Notes: generated by a model from the sequence alone, not told the origin. A DNA stretch of 64,000 bases from Octopus sinensis (GCF_006345805.1 NC_043001.1:83142001-83206000); one strand, 5' to 3'. Shown: positions 26,434-40,072, counted from the stretch's first letter. Translations and numbers: made by a program.

Positions 26434-27414
26434 AATGTTATATAATATATATACACACCACACCTATACACATCTACGTATGCACATATGTGTATATGTA
26501 TGTGTGTATGTATAATATATATATATATTATATATTATATATATATATGCATCATTATTTCTCTTTCTCTCTCTAGATATACGTGCACACACACATAAGC
26601 ACACACACAAACACACACATACACATATGTACTATGTATGTATTATGTGCGTGTATGTATGTGTGTTTGTATGAGTGTGTGTGTCTACGTATGTCCATGC
26701 GCGTGTGTGCATGTGTGTGCGTGTGTGTTTTACTTCAAAGCGAATCTCCCGCAAATAGTCACACTCTTGCCATATATATTAAACGATGTCAGAATTTCTT
26801 AAAATGTTATGTTGGAAGCTATTTCAATTCCTGCTTGATCAAAAGCATTTACATGGGTTTGTGAACTCCGCGTTTATCTAGGTTGTAAATTAGAACTGAA
26901 GTTGTCTTGGAAAGAAAGCAAGAAAACAAATTGTAGGTGTGGTAATGCAAAATAAAATGGGAGTTCAAGATATATTATATCCCTGGCATTTTTGATTGTA
27001 AATCTACGTAATATTAAAAGTCGAATGCTTACAGTAGCTGGTTTATACGTATGTATCTTATTTTTAGACTAATCACTGCATAGTTGCGATAAAATGTTAC
27101 CCTTAAAATTAACCATTTCAAAACCTACTACATTTAGAAGCTTAAAAATTGAAGGATTTTGTTAATTTATATACCAATATATTCCTCGAGATTTTTGCCT
27201 AATTTTTGATAACTAAGAAAACGAAAAAAACGTGTAGTTGCACATACGAAAAGCCATCCAATAAATACGTACACCTTTTATATACAAAGACGTTATTCAT
27301 ATTCATTTATAATAAAGACACACACATGCATACACACACGTCTATACACACACACATATGTACATACATATAACACTTAGAAAAAAGACAATATTCTTGA
27401 TGACTAACAAACAT

Positions 27415-27595
27415 TCACATGGACACGTAGCCACTACACACATTTTTTTTTCTGTGTTCTTTTCTGTGGCAGAGCGTAGGCTCGAAACGTAAAGGGACCT
27501 TTTCAATTCCGAGCGTTATATTAATACATCTGTTTGTTTCCTACACCACCTGTCTTCGTCTTTTGTTTTCTTTTTTTTTTCGTGAAATCTCTACA
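27415..27595 (+). mobile_element. Short PLE-terminus-like repeat with a variant hammerhead core
   Basis: CTGTGGCA-GAGC-GTAG-GCTC-GAAACGTA; inverted second copy at 30625-30815. Confidence 0.7.
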
Positions 27596-28459
27596 TACAC
27601 ATGCAAACGCATACACACAAACAGTCCGCTAAAATTTTGTTTAAAAAATCAACGTTGTGCTATTACATAACACAAAATTTTAAATATAATTATTTTGGGA
27701 TGGTACTAACTTACCCTAAAAATTACGCTCCCTCTTCTTACGTCTCTCCAGAAAATGTGAAGGAGACAGTGGCAGAGGTCTGCTCATATCTGGTGTAACG
27801 TTTGAAGTCATCGAAAATTTTAATAAATTTCAAAAACTTCAAAGATGCCCATTTGTCGGATAGGGAAACAATTTCTATTATGACGTGAATTCAATACTCA
27901 ATTTTGAATATAGAACATATCAGGATTGAAAATTTTGTTATATTTCTATTATGACGTCATAATCTGTTAAATTTTCTTCTAAAATATGCAACACTATTTT
28001 CCTTTCGTCTTCATGTCTTCAATTCTTCTGTAGACACCAACATCGAGTTTATAGTCCGCCTTGTCTATAATCAGGCGAGCTCTGAGATATGTCATCGACT
28101 GTATGATGAATAAAAACATAATATTCTACACTTACACACAGACACAGATACACACACTATTCGATTATGTAATAGCTCTGTCAATGGTTCTGTAGCGGAT
28201 CGTTATAAGAAGACTTGACTGCAGTTTAGATATATATTTATCGCTGCAATTGTACAGGACTTCATGAAAAATTCAGCGTCAAATTATAAGAACATCATAT
28301 TTATAAGAGTCGAAATATTAATGATTAAACTAATCGGCACATGGTTGCAAAAACGTATGGCGTTGACCTTTCTCTGGATATTTTATAATGCGGGAGTATT
28401 CATTCCTAATTTTAAGAAGCAACGAACTTTATTGGCGGACGAATGTAAGTGCACAGATT

Positions 28460-28544
28460 TATATACATACATACATACATACATACATACATACATACAA
28501 TATGTATATATATATATATATATATCATAGATACATACATACAT

Positions 28545-28584
<40 letters not shown>

Positions 28585-28586
28585 AT

Positions 28587-28661
<75 letters not shown>

Positions 28662-28690
28662 ATATATATATATAATATATATATATAACA
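28460..28690. repeat. (TACA)n/(TA)n
   Basis: Direct reading. Confidence 0.95.
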
Positions 28691-30026
28691 AAGGGACGAC
28701 ACCAGAAAAGGCAAATGTTATGTAATGTATTTCACTAGCTTACAGCTGTTTCTACTACGGAAAGTTCAGTCCCAAGTGCACTTCATATGTAAGGCTCTGA
28801 TCGTTAGATCTTGATTTCAATTCCCAGACCGGATGTTGCATTGACTTCTTGAGCAAAACACTTCATCTCACGTTGCTTTGTGAACACTTCGACACCTAAC
28901 GTGTGGCAAACCATGTTCCTGTTCAGACAACGTCGATTTGAGGGAGAAAGTGAGCACAAATATTTGATCACAATAAACAAACATTTGATCAATATAAATA
29001 AGTCCTTTGTGCAGGTCAATCGGCTAAACCTGATCACTCAAACGTCGTCTTTGACAGGAGAGTCCATTGTTATAATTCACAATAGCCATTTTTTGTGGTT
29101 TGATAGTATGACCCACACACCTTTCAATGAAACTATTTTATCGTGTTACAATTAAAAGGATCTTTACCATTACAAGAGGTTTACGTTTGCTGAACAATTT
29201 TAGTATGGTGACACTTTGTAGATTTTATTGCTCTCAGTATTTTACTGGTACTATATCATTTTATCAATCTTGGAATGATAAAATATAAAATCTACAACGG
29301 AAGTATTTGAACTGAGAATTTAAAAGAACCCTACTAAAACAGCAAGTCATTTTGTCTGTTGTTCTACGTATTCTGCCTGTCCATCCCTCGGAGAAGCAAG
29401 AATATTGGTAAGGTAAGGAGAACATTATAGCATTCTGAATAAAAATGCTTTTAGCTGGATGGAGTTGCAATTCCATTTTAATTATTTGTTTTAGCAGGAT
29501 AAGTTTGCAGTGCTTTAAACTGGGATTAATATTTTTAAACAGAACACATCTTTAAGAAATTTTATGCCAGAGGAATACCGCAGCAAGCTGCTTGTCAACG
29601 ATGCATATACATTAAGTATAAACATAGTATGCATAGTGCAAACACACACACACACACACACACACACCACACACACAACGCACACATACAAACACACACA
29701 GACATGTATTTATGTATGTCATTATTCAGTTTATTTCAATATTTCTTGCCAATAGAGAAAGAACCGGTTTCTAAACTAGACCCAAGGCTCCTTCATTGGA
29801 ATTTCAACGTCAACAACAGGGTATTTTTATATGTATGTATATATGTATGTTTGCATGTGTGTATGTTTTATGTGCATATATTCCCGTGCATATATTTGCA
29901 TACCTAGACATGCTCATATACATATCTAAATGATATTCATATATGCATATATATACAGAGAAAAATCCAATGGGTAAAGTTCCATTTCTTTCATATATAT
30001 ATATATATATATAATATATATATATA

Positions 30027-30400
30027 TAAGTAACTTGCTTACCAACCACATGGTTCCGGGTTCAGTCCCACCTTAGGCAAGTGTTTTTCTACTATAGCCT
30101 CGGTCCGACCAAAGCCTTGTGGGTGGATTTGATAGACGGAAACTCAAAGAAGCCCGTCGTATATATGTATATATGTATATGTGTATTTATGTAAGTGTGT
30201 ATATGTTTGTCCCCTCAACATGGCTTGACAACCGATGCTGGTGTGTTTACGTCCCCGTAACTTAGCAGTTTGCCAAAAAAGACCGATAGAATAAGTACTA
30301 GGCTTACAAAGAATAAGTCCTGGGGTCGATTTGCTCGACTAAAGGCGGTGTTCCAGCATGGCTACAGTCAAAGGACTGAAACAAGTAAAAGAGTAAAAGG
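30027..30400 (+). mobile_element. SINE family A
   Basis: Matches the family consensus. Confidence 0.9.
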
Positions 30401-30624
30401 AGAGTAAGAGAAATATTGTTCTTGAGAACACACTCTTTGTGGTAGGGCGATTTGACGTCTATTTCTAGTGTATAGGATTCCACTTTAGTGGTCATTCCTC
30501 TTATTAATTGTAATATGTTTTAACATTTCGGATTTCTTTTTTAATATGCTAGACCACCGGTATAAATTGATGTTAATTGATTGATACGAATTTCTACCCT
30601 CAGTATTTTAATTTATATATATAT

Positions 30625-30815
30625 GTATAGGGAGAGTTTATGAAAAAAACAAAAGACGAAGACAGGTGGTGTACAAAACAAACAGATGTATTAGTATAAC
30701 ACTCAGGAATAGAAAAAGTTTTTATGTTTCGAGCCTACGCTCTTCTACTGAAAGGGACACAGAGAAAACAAGGAGAGAAAAAAATGTGTGTAGTGGCTAA
30801 CGAACTATCATGGCG
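30625..30815 (-). mobile_element. Second copy of the 27415-27595 repeat
   Basis: Reverse complement: CAGTAGAAGAGCGTAGGCTCGAAACATA..TAATACATCTGTTTG..CACCACCTGTCTTCGTC. Confidence 0.75.
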
Positions 30816-31155
30816 GAGGGCATGGGGAGGGACCAACAGTCAGTTGCTGCTCATTTTTAACCGCGCAAACTGGAGCAACATGAAATGAAGAGTTTTGTTC
30901 AAGGATACAATGCACTGTGCGTGTCAGTCCAGCAATGGAGTCTGCAGCCTTATGATCTCTCCACTGCTAAGCCACTGGCTTCACAACACACACACACACG
31001 CACACACTCTCTCTCTCTCCCTCTCTCACACATACACTCACGCACTGAGATAAACACAGTTGTGATGGTAGCAGTTGTGGTAGTGGGGATGGTGGTGGAA
31101 ATGGTCGTGACAATCACGACGTCGAAGACAACGACAACGAGTACGATGACGATGG

Positions 31156-31186
<31 letters not shown>

Positions 31187-31326
31187 GATGACGGTAGTGA
31201 TGATGATTGCGACTGTGTTGATAATGTAAAAAGTATAATGCATACCTCTGTTATGTATGTGTGTATTGTGCGTGTGTATGTAGGTGTGTCATATATATAT
31301 ATATATAATATATATATATATTATAT

Positions 31327-31357
<31 letters not shown>

Positions 31358-31414
31358 GCGTGTGTGTGTATGTGTGTGTGTGGTGTGTGGGGAGGTGTTT
31401 CTATTTCTCGCAAA

Positions 31415-31658
31415 CAGGGTTGCCCAAAAGTAGGTTTACAATTAACACGTAGGTACTTCAAATTTTTTAAAAACATTTTATTACATTTAAATTTCTATCT
31501 TACAAACTGAAAAGGAAGCTTGACAAAATTAACTAAATTAGTATAGAATAATTGCTTTATATATATATATATATTTTTGGGATAATTAAGATCTAAACTG
31601 TTAATATATGAATGCGAAAGAGTTGAATAACTGTAAACCTACTTTTGGGGCAACTCTG
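31415..31658. mobile_element. MITE with ~28-bp terminal inverted repeats (Tc1-like CAG ends)
   Basis: CAGGGTTGCCCAAAAGTAGGTTTACAATT ... AACTGTAAACCTACTTTTGGGGCAACTCTG. Confidence 0.8.
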
Positions 31659-31804
31659 TTTATGCATAATTGTATGTATGTGTATGTGTATATTTCAGTC
31701 TGTTTGTGTGCATGTGGTTGTGTCTGTATGTCTGTATGAGTGTGTGTAAGAAAGAGAGAGGGAGAAAGCGAGAGTGAGAGAAAAAAGAGAGGGAGAGAGA
31801 GAAA

Positions 31805-31846
<42 letters not shown>

Positions 31847-31871
31847 ATGCGTGAGAGTATCATTATATATT

Positions 31872-32700
31872 CTTTTCTACTCTAGGCAAAAGGCCCGAAA
31901 TTTTTGCGGAGGGGGGCTAGTCAATTAGATGGACTTCAGTACGTAACTGGTACTTATTTTATCAACTCCGAAAGGATGAACGGCAAAGTTGACCTCGGCG
32001 GAATTTGAACTCAGAACATAGTGGCAGACGAAATACCTATTTCTATTTCTTTACTACCCGCAAGGGGCTAAACACAGAGAGGACAAACAAGGAGAAACAC
32101 ACGGATTAAGTTTCTTATTTCTTTATTACTCTCAAGGGGCTAAACATAGAGGGGACAAAAAGGACATACAAAGGGATTAAGTCGATAACATTGACCTCAG
32201 TGCGTAACTGGCAATTTATTTATCGACCCCGAAAGAATGAAAGGCAAAGTCGACCCCGGCGAAATTTAAACTCAGAACGTAACGGCAAAAGGAATACCTA
32301 TTTCTTTACTACCCACAAGGGGCTAAACACAAAGGAGACAAACAATTAAGTCGATTACACTGGTGTGTAACTGGTACTTATTTAATCGACCCCGAAAGGA
32401 TGAAAGGCAAAGTCGACCTCGGCGGAATTTGAACTCAGAACATAGTGGCAGACGAAATACCTATTTCTATTTCTTTACTACCCACAAGGGGCTAAACACA
32501 GAGAGGACAAACAAGGAGAAACACACGGATTAAGTCGATTATATCGACCCCAGTGCGTAACTGGTACTTATTTAATCGACCCCAAAAGGTTGTAAGGCAA
32601 AGTCGACCTCGGCGGAATATGAACTCAGAACGTAACGGCAGACGAAATACGGCTACGCATTTCGCCCGGCGTGCTAACGTTTCTGCCAGCTCGCCGCCTT
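31872..32700 (-). mobile_element. SINE family B head-to-tail tandem array (4 bodies, ~170-250-bp units)
   Basis: GAAAG..TGAAAGGCAAAGTCGACCTCGGCGGAATTTGAACTCAGAAC recurs at ~31970, 32230, 32395 and 32585. Confidence 0.9.
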
Positions 32701-32979
32701 TGTATCGTTATTTATAGTATCGTTATAAATAAATGTGCTTTGGTATATTTATTTTATTATTTTTGTTGAGATTTTATGTGTCTAATTAATATTGTAATTT
32801 CTTTCAAGACTGCTCTCTCCCAAGTGAAGAGCAGAGTGGCCATATGTTGTCATGGTGATATTAGAAACATCCGTTAATTCATTAACGGATGTTATTGCCA
32901 TGCTCTTGAGTTGCGTTCTTCAAGTATTGCGTTTATTCCTTTCAGTGTTTATACTACGTCGAACTCTACAAACTCCATT

Positions 32980-33024
32980 ATAGCCGTCGCCGCCGTCGCC
33001 ACCACCACCACCACCACCACCACC

Positions 33025-33055
<31 letters not shown>

Positions 33056-33182
33056 TACTACGAGCGCCATTACCACCACCACCATCGCAATCACTGTCAC
33101 CATCATCACTACTACTACTATTATTATTACCAAAACCACTACACCCACCATCACCACCACCGCCACCACCACCACCACCACC

Positions 33183-33228
<46 letters not shown>

Positions 33229-34180
33229 TCATCACCATCACCACCACCACCACCAATACCACCATTATTATTACCAACACCGCTTTACCACCACTACCTC
33301 TACTGTTACTACCATCACCACCACCGCTACAATTACTACTATTACCAATACCGCTACGACCCACTCCTACTACCACCATCACCACCACTACCCACACCAC
33401 CAGTACTACTAGTACTATTACTTTATTATCAGTACTAACACCACCACCACCACCACTACGTCTACTACTACTACCATCACCACCACCGCTACAATTACTA
33501 CTATTACCAACACCGCTACGACCCACTACTACTATTACTACCACCACTACCCACACCACCAGTAGTACTACTACTACTATTTACTACTAGTACTAACACA
33601 ACCACCGCCACCATCGCTACCACCACCAAAAATATTAATACCAACAACTTTATCACCATCACCACTACCACCTCCGTATATGCCACCACGAATATCTAGC
33701 ACCTATACTGTCACTACTATCATGAACACCAGCTCCATCATCGCACGCAATACTACAACAACCTTCATTACTACCACCACCACCACCACTACCACCACCA
33801 CTGGCACCAACACCTTAACCACCATCATGAACCCCCAAAACCATCACATATTATCACTACCACAATCACCACCATTATACATACCATTGTCATCATCAAC
33901 TGCCACCACCAATATCTTGCACCTATACTATCACTGCTGTCGAAAACACCAGCGCCATCATCACATGCGGCACTGCCACAACCTTTATGATAAACACCAC
34001 CACCACCACCACCACCACCACCACCACCTTCACCACCACCACCTTCAACACCACCACCTTCATCACTACTACAATCACCACAAGCAGCAGGAGAAGCAGC
34101 AGCAGCACCACCATACCACCACCAGCACTACCACCACTACCACCACCACCACCACCATAATCATCATAAAAAAACACTAA
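32980..34180. repeat. (CCA/CTA)n tract with an internal ~160-bp-period duplication
   Basis: CCACCGCTACAATTACTACTATTACCAA..CCGCTACGACCCACT occurs at ~33320 and ~33483. Confidence 0.9.
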
Positions 34181-35049
34181 TCACAACGTCCACCTTCAAC
34201 ACTGTCCTTTTCTCTAGACACAGCAAGATAAAAAACAAAAACAAAAAACCCTTCCACTACAAAAGAATGCATTTATGAATAAGAGATCCTTTAATGTATC
34301 TAACAGGTCTGTCTCCGGGGATGGTTCTATTGACACTAAAGGAGGTTTCATCCGTTTTTGGAACGTTTGATGAATGAGTCTCGTCAGATGGAGACTTGAA
34401 AGTTTCTTGTATTTTAGTATTATTAATTTTCTTTTGTTTGTTTGTCCATTTATGATATTCGTGTCGCCACATCTCTGCTATACTCACCTGAGAGATGGAC
34501 GCCGTTTCAAGGGCACATCAATATTCTCGAAAATTCCCTTTCAAGAGAGGTGTTTAAAGATGTACATTTAACACCAGTTAAAAATCATTTACACCTGACG
34601 TAGAAATCAGAAGTGCTGTGCTGGAAAGAGTGGACTATCTTAATATAGGAGGTCGCCTTATCAAGTAGGATTAGAGGACCAGTTCATCGCTTAACAGGTA
34701 CGATAAACGATGAGTGGGCCAGCCCATCCGCCTTAAGGATTTCAGGTTTCCAAAGCCAGGATTTTACAGTAAATTAGTTCTTGGTAAGATTCCGCAACAT
34801 AGTGCAGAGAAGAAATTTCATGACATCACGCGCGCGCATACACACATGCTCGCGCACAAACACAATCAGAAACATACACAGTTATAGGTTTCAAATTTTG
34901 GCACAGGTTCAGCAATTTCGGGGAAGAAACTACGTTGATTACATCAACCTCAGTGAACGACTGGTACTTATTTTATCGACTCCGTAAGGAGTTTTGCATC
35001 AGGAAATAATCTTTTTAAAGACCTATAATGTTAAGACCTATAATATTTA

Positions 35050-35657
35050 CAAATCGCATATTTTCAGCTACTCTAATAGATTCTTCAGATTTAAATTGTG
35101 TGAAGGGATTTGTCTCTTTTTATAGTATAAGTGAATGGGTTGGGGTGTAGAGAGAGAGAAGGGGGGGAAGAAGAGTAATGTGGAGTGTAAAGCGTAGGAA
35201 AAGAGGGAGAGGAATGGAGAGATAGTGGAGGGAGAAAGTGAAAGAGAATGTGTGTGTGTGTGTGCGTGCGTGCGTACGTGTGTGTATGTGTGTGTGCCTG
35301 TGTATCTGAAAGGAACTGTTTTGAACAGGAGGTAAAGAAAAAGAAGATTTTTAAGTAGGTGGCTTGAACAGATGCTTTTGGTTCAATCAGCTCACCACGG
35401 GGTCTGAAAGAAAAATGTCTTCAAAGTGAAAAACTGTTTTTTTTCTTTATGTCAATGGAAAACAGAAGGAAAGAAAGGAAGGAAGAAAGAAAGAAGAAAA
35501 AATGTATTTATATCTATGCAGTTGGTCAGTTCTGTCAATAGAAGATAACAAGTTGATTCTTGGTCTGTGAAAATGGCAAGACCAGGTGGTTACTCTAAGG
35601 GGGATTTGTTTTGATGAGGAATAATGAAATATATTTTTCAAAAAATTGTCTGGACTT

Positions 35658-35727
<70 letters not shown>

Positions 35728-37310
35728 CCAGCATCATCATCATCACCAGCATCATCATCATTGTCCAATGTTTGATTCCCATGCCGGTATGGGTTGGAAA
35801 ATCTGGATGCAAGAATGTCTCTATGTATATACATACATACACACATGCATATATCTTATGGTTCCAGAATTTTGCTATGAAGTGTTGTTCCATATTTTTT
35901 CTGAAGAAGGCGTCTGTAGTTTTCTACCCAGTGTTTTATCGCCTCCAGACCCAGGGTGTGTGGTATGTACGTGTATAAGTTTGTCACATCGAAGCTTGCA
36001 AGTATGGTGTTTTCTGGAACCGTACTTGGAATGTGTGTGAGAAAGTCTGTCATCCCTTATGTAGCTTGGTATCAGTGGGCATAAAGGTTTGAGGAGTACA
36101 TCTATGAAGTGGCTTAGTTGTGTTGGTGCTTGGGGTCCTGCCACTATTGGTCTCATTGTGAGGTATGTGGGCCTTTGTATTCTTATATAATGGCTGCTCT
36201 ATTCTTTTATGGCTCTCTGTATTTCAGAGCTTTTATGAATTTTAGGCAGTCTACAAAAATTGCTTTCTTTGGTTCTTGAGTTGCATAGATAGGCTTTCTC
36301 CTTGTCTGTAAAAGAATCCTGGTATTCATTGACTAATGTTCCGAAATTTTTAATGTTGCTTTCTCCGGTTGTGTTGATTCCTCTTTATAGTATGTCTGGT
36401 TGTTAAGAATATCTAGTATATTTTCTTTCTAGTAATCTGTATCCATAATCACTATTGCTCCACGTTTGTCAGCTTCTTTTAAGACGTTCGACTTGTCATT
36501 TTTTAAAGTTTTTGTAAAGCTTGTTTTTCTCCTCTGTGGAGGTTCTCTTTGCATTTATGTGTGTTGAGAGGGAATTTGGAGATTGTCTCTATGTATGTGT
36601 CTAGGTGTCTGTCAAATCTCCTTGTAAGGGGTGAATTGGGATTTTTGTCTTATGATTGAGTGATCTTCTGTTCCCTTATTTTCAAAGAATTCCATAAAGC
36701 AGAGGCGGCGGCTTAAGTTATATATATCAGTTTTTAGTTCTATGAGATTTTGAGTGGGTGTGGATGTAAATTTGAGGCCTTTTAGTAGTAGGTTCAGCTC
36801 ATTTTCGCTAAGTTCTCATTTAGATAGGTTTATTATTTTGGAGTCTGTGTGTTCATTCGGAATTTTTGGTATGTTGGATCTGGAGTATGGTTGCAGTATC
36901 CTTTCCCTAAAAAGTGGTTGTGTTGTTGCGTCTCCAACTTCCATTTTCAGGTTTTTAAAAATATTCTTTCTTTATCTCCTGTTCAAAACACTTCCTTTCA
37001 GATACACAGGCACACACACACACACACACACAGACACACACACACACACACCACACACACACATACCCACACACACACACGCACGCACACACACACACAC
37101 TCACACTCAAACACACACATTCATTCTCACTTTCTCCGTCCACTATCTCTCCATTTCTCTCCCTCTTTTCCTACCCTTTACACTCCACATTACCCTTCTT
37201 TTCCCCCTCTCTCTCTCCACCCCAACCCATTCACTAATACTATAAAAAGAGACAAATCCTTTCACACAATTGAAATCTGAAGAATCTATTAGAGTAAATT
37301 AGAATATTTG
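35050..37310 (-). mobile_element. Penelope-like element remnant (N-terminus and RT start) bounded by ~300-bp inverted pseudo-LTRs
   Basis: LLLKGLKFTSTP, KEADK, RPIVAGPQAPT, YIRD..DFL, LASFDVTNLYTYIPHTLGLEAI (35856-36850); 35060-35355 is the reverse complement of 36960-37297. Confidence 0.88.
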
Positions 37311-37344
37311 ATTTTTAAACACTCACACACACACCACACACACA

Positions 37345-37387
<43 letters not shown>

Positions 37388-37388
<1 letters not shown>

Positions 37389-37739
37389 GCGCAGGAGTGG
37401 CTGTGTTTGTAAGTAGCTTGTTTACCAACCACATGGTTCCGGGTCCAGTCTCATTGCGTGGCCCTTGGGCAAGTGTCTTCTACTATAGCCTCGAACCGAC
37501 CAAAGCCTTTGAGTGGATTTGGTGGACGGAAGCTCAATTAAGCCCGTCGTGTATATAATATTTATGTCTGTATTTTTTCTGCCTGTATTTGTCCCACCTG
37601 TCGAACTTTAGCAGTTAGGGAATAGAGTCCGATAGAATAAATACTAGGCTTACAAATAATAAGTCTTGGGGTAGATTTGATTGACTAAAGGCTGTGCTCC
37701 AGCATGGTTGCAGTCAAATGACTGAAATGTGAAAAAGAA
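37388..37739 (+). mobile_element. SINE family A
   Basis: AGGCGCAGGAGTGGCTGTG... head and 3' tail. Confidence 0.88.
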
Positions 37740-37892
37740 TTATATATATATATATATGTAATACGTATATATACATATATACTTATATATACATATATAT
37801 GTATATATATGTATATATGTATATGTATATATATAATATATATATAGATAATATATATATATATAGTTTAAAACTTGCAAAGAAGGTTTTGA

Positions 37893-37946
37893 AACCACCT
37901 GAAGAATGTCTCATAGAAGTGCTGACACGAAACGATTGTAGTGGTT
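37893..37946 (+). ncRNA. Minimal type I hammerhead ribozyme motif
   Basis: AACCAC-CUGAAGA-A-UGUC-13nt-GACA-C-GAAA-CGAUUG-UA-GUGGUU. Confidence 0.82.
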
Positions 37947-37998
37947 ATTTTAATTAAATTTAATTTATATAAATTATTTTATGTATTGGCTTTAAGTC

Positions 37999-38098
37999 NN
38001 NNNNNNNNNNNNNNNNNNNNNNNNNNNNNNNNNNNNNNNNNNNNNNNNNNNNNNNNNNNNNNNNNNNNNNNNNNNNNNNNNNNNNNNNNNNNNNNNNN
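37999..38098. other. Assembly gap (100 N)
   Basis: Run of N. Confidence 1.
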
Positions 38099-38286
38099 CT
38101 GTGTGGTAAGAAGCTTACTCTTAACCACACGGTTCCTGGTTCAGTCCTACTGTGTGGCAGTTTGGGGCAAGTGTCTTTACGATAGTCTTGGGCCGACCAA
38201 AGCCCTGTGAGAGGATTCGTAGACGGAAATTGAAAAGAAGCTCGTCGTGTACATATACATATATATATATTATATATATATATAAT

Positions 38287-38338
<52 letters not shown>

Positions 38339-38506
38339 TGGCTTATATGAAGCTTAGTATTTATTCTATCGGTCTCTTTTGCCGAATCGCTAAGTTGCGG
38401 GGACGTAAACACACCAGCATCGGTTGTCAAGGGATGTTAGAGGGACAAACGCAGACCACACAACACACACACACACACACAAACACACATATATATATAT
38501 ATACAT

Positions 38507-38602
<96 letters not shown>

Positions 38603-39020
38603 GATATATATATATATAATATATATTTATATTGTTTGTTTGTACTCTACCTGCCTTCGTCTTTGTTAATTTCGTAAGCTTCCCGTTATATATATATATA
38701 TATATATATACACATACACACACATATATGTGTGTGCCTGCATTGTGTATGTGTGTGCCTGCATTGTGTATGTGTGTGCCTGCATTGTGTATGTGTGTGT
38801 CTGCATTGTGTATGTGTGTGTGTGTGTGTTTCCCAGCACCTTTTGACAATCGATGCTCATGTGTTTACATTCACGTAACTTAGCGGTTCGGCAAAAGAGA
38901 ATAAGTACCAGGCTTTAAAACAATTAAGCATTATTGTCAATTCATTCGATTGAAATTCATGAGAGATGTGCCCCAGCATGGCCGCAATCTAATGCCTGAA
39001 AACAACAAACGGTAAAAGTG
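38099..39020. mobile_element. SINE A fragments in mixed orientation, microsatellites and a 21-bp x4 minisatellite
   Basis: 5' half + (38099-38250), 3' part - (38352-38460), 3' part + (38830-39020); TGTGTGTGCCTGCATTGTGTA x4 at 38729-38812. Confidence 0.8.
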
Positions 39021-39104
39021 ATATTTCATACAGGGAGTATTTTGGCCTTTATCTAGAAAGAATTATGCTTTCTGGAAAAGAAAGCAACAGAGAATTTAGA
39101 AAAT

Positions 39105-39310
39105 TGTGTGGTAAGTAGCTTGTTTACCAGCGACATGGTTTCGGGTTCAGTCCCACTGTGTGGTACCTCGGGCAAGTGTCTTCTACTATAGCCTCGGGCC
39201 GACCAAAGCCTTGTGAGTTGATTTGATAGACGAAAACTTAACGAAGCCTGTCGTATATATGTGTATATATATATATATATATATAAAAAAAATATATATA
39301 TGTATGCGTA

Positions 39311-39347
<37 letters not shown>

Positions 39348-39592
39348 CTAATATATATATATATATATATGTATGTAGTGTGTGTATATGCTTGCGTGTC
39401 TGTGTGTTTGTTCCCCAACATTGCTTGACAAGCAATACTGGTGTGTTTACATACCCGTAACATAGCGGTTCAGCAAAAGACCGATAGAATAAGTACTAGG
39501 CTTACAAAGAATAAGTGCTGGGGTCTATTTGCTCGACTAAAGGCGGTGCTCCAGCATGGCCACAGTCAAATGACTGAAACAAGTAAAAGAGT
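39105..39592 (+). mobile_element. SINE family A
   Basis: Consensus match with an expanded internal (TA)n. Confidence 0.9.
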
Positions 39593-39809
39593 GAAGTTCA
39601 ATTGCACGTTAATAGATCGCATGGTCATACGTTCGAATCTTATAGTTATTGAATCATAAAGTTGCTTTTCGAAAGTACATATTGTATATAGAGGGAGGAG
39701 CATCGCACCGATAACTAACTGGTGGATAATCTGCCTGGGGTTAAAATAATAGTAACGTGGAACAGCCACTTTGACGTGGCAAATTATTTTATTTGTTAGT
39801 ATAGTTACT

Positions 39810-40024
39810 ACTCTCTTTTCTCTTTTACTTGTTTCAGTCATTTGATGCTGGAGCACCGCCTTTATTCGAGCAAATCGACCCCAGGACTTATTTTTGGAAG
39901 CCTAGTACTTATTCTATCGGTCTCTTTTGCCGAACCGCTATGTTACGGTGACGTAAACACACCAGCATCGGTTGTCAAGCGATGTTGGGGGGGGGGGGGA
40001 AACACCACACACACACACACAAAC

Positions 40025-40072
<48 letters not shown>

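Noticed and set aside
31872-32700. CRISPR-like regularly spaced repeats
   Set aside because: Units are entire SINE bodies without unique spacers; eukaryotic context, no cas genes.
34340-34400. CUGACGA...GAAA on the minus strand
   Set aside because: No stem II or stem I pairing; the region more likely holds a decayed RT on the + strand (e.g. VLERVDYLNIGGRLI at ~34615-34665).
34480-34600. CAG|GTGAGT donor on the minus strand
   Set aside because: All upstream frames are stopped; no exon supported.
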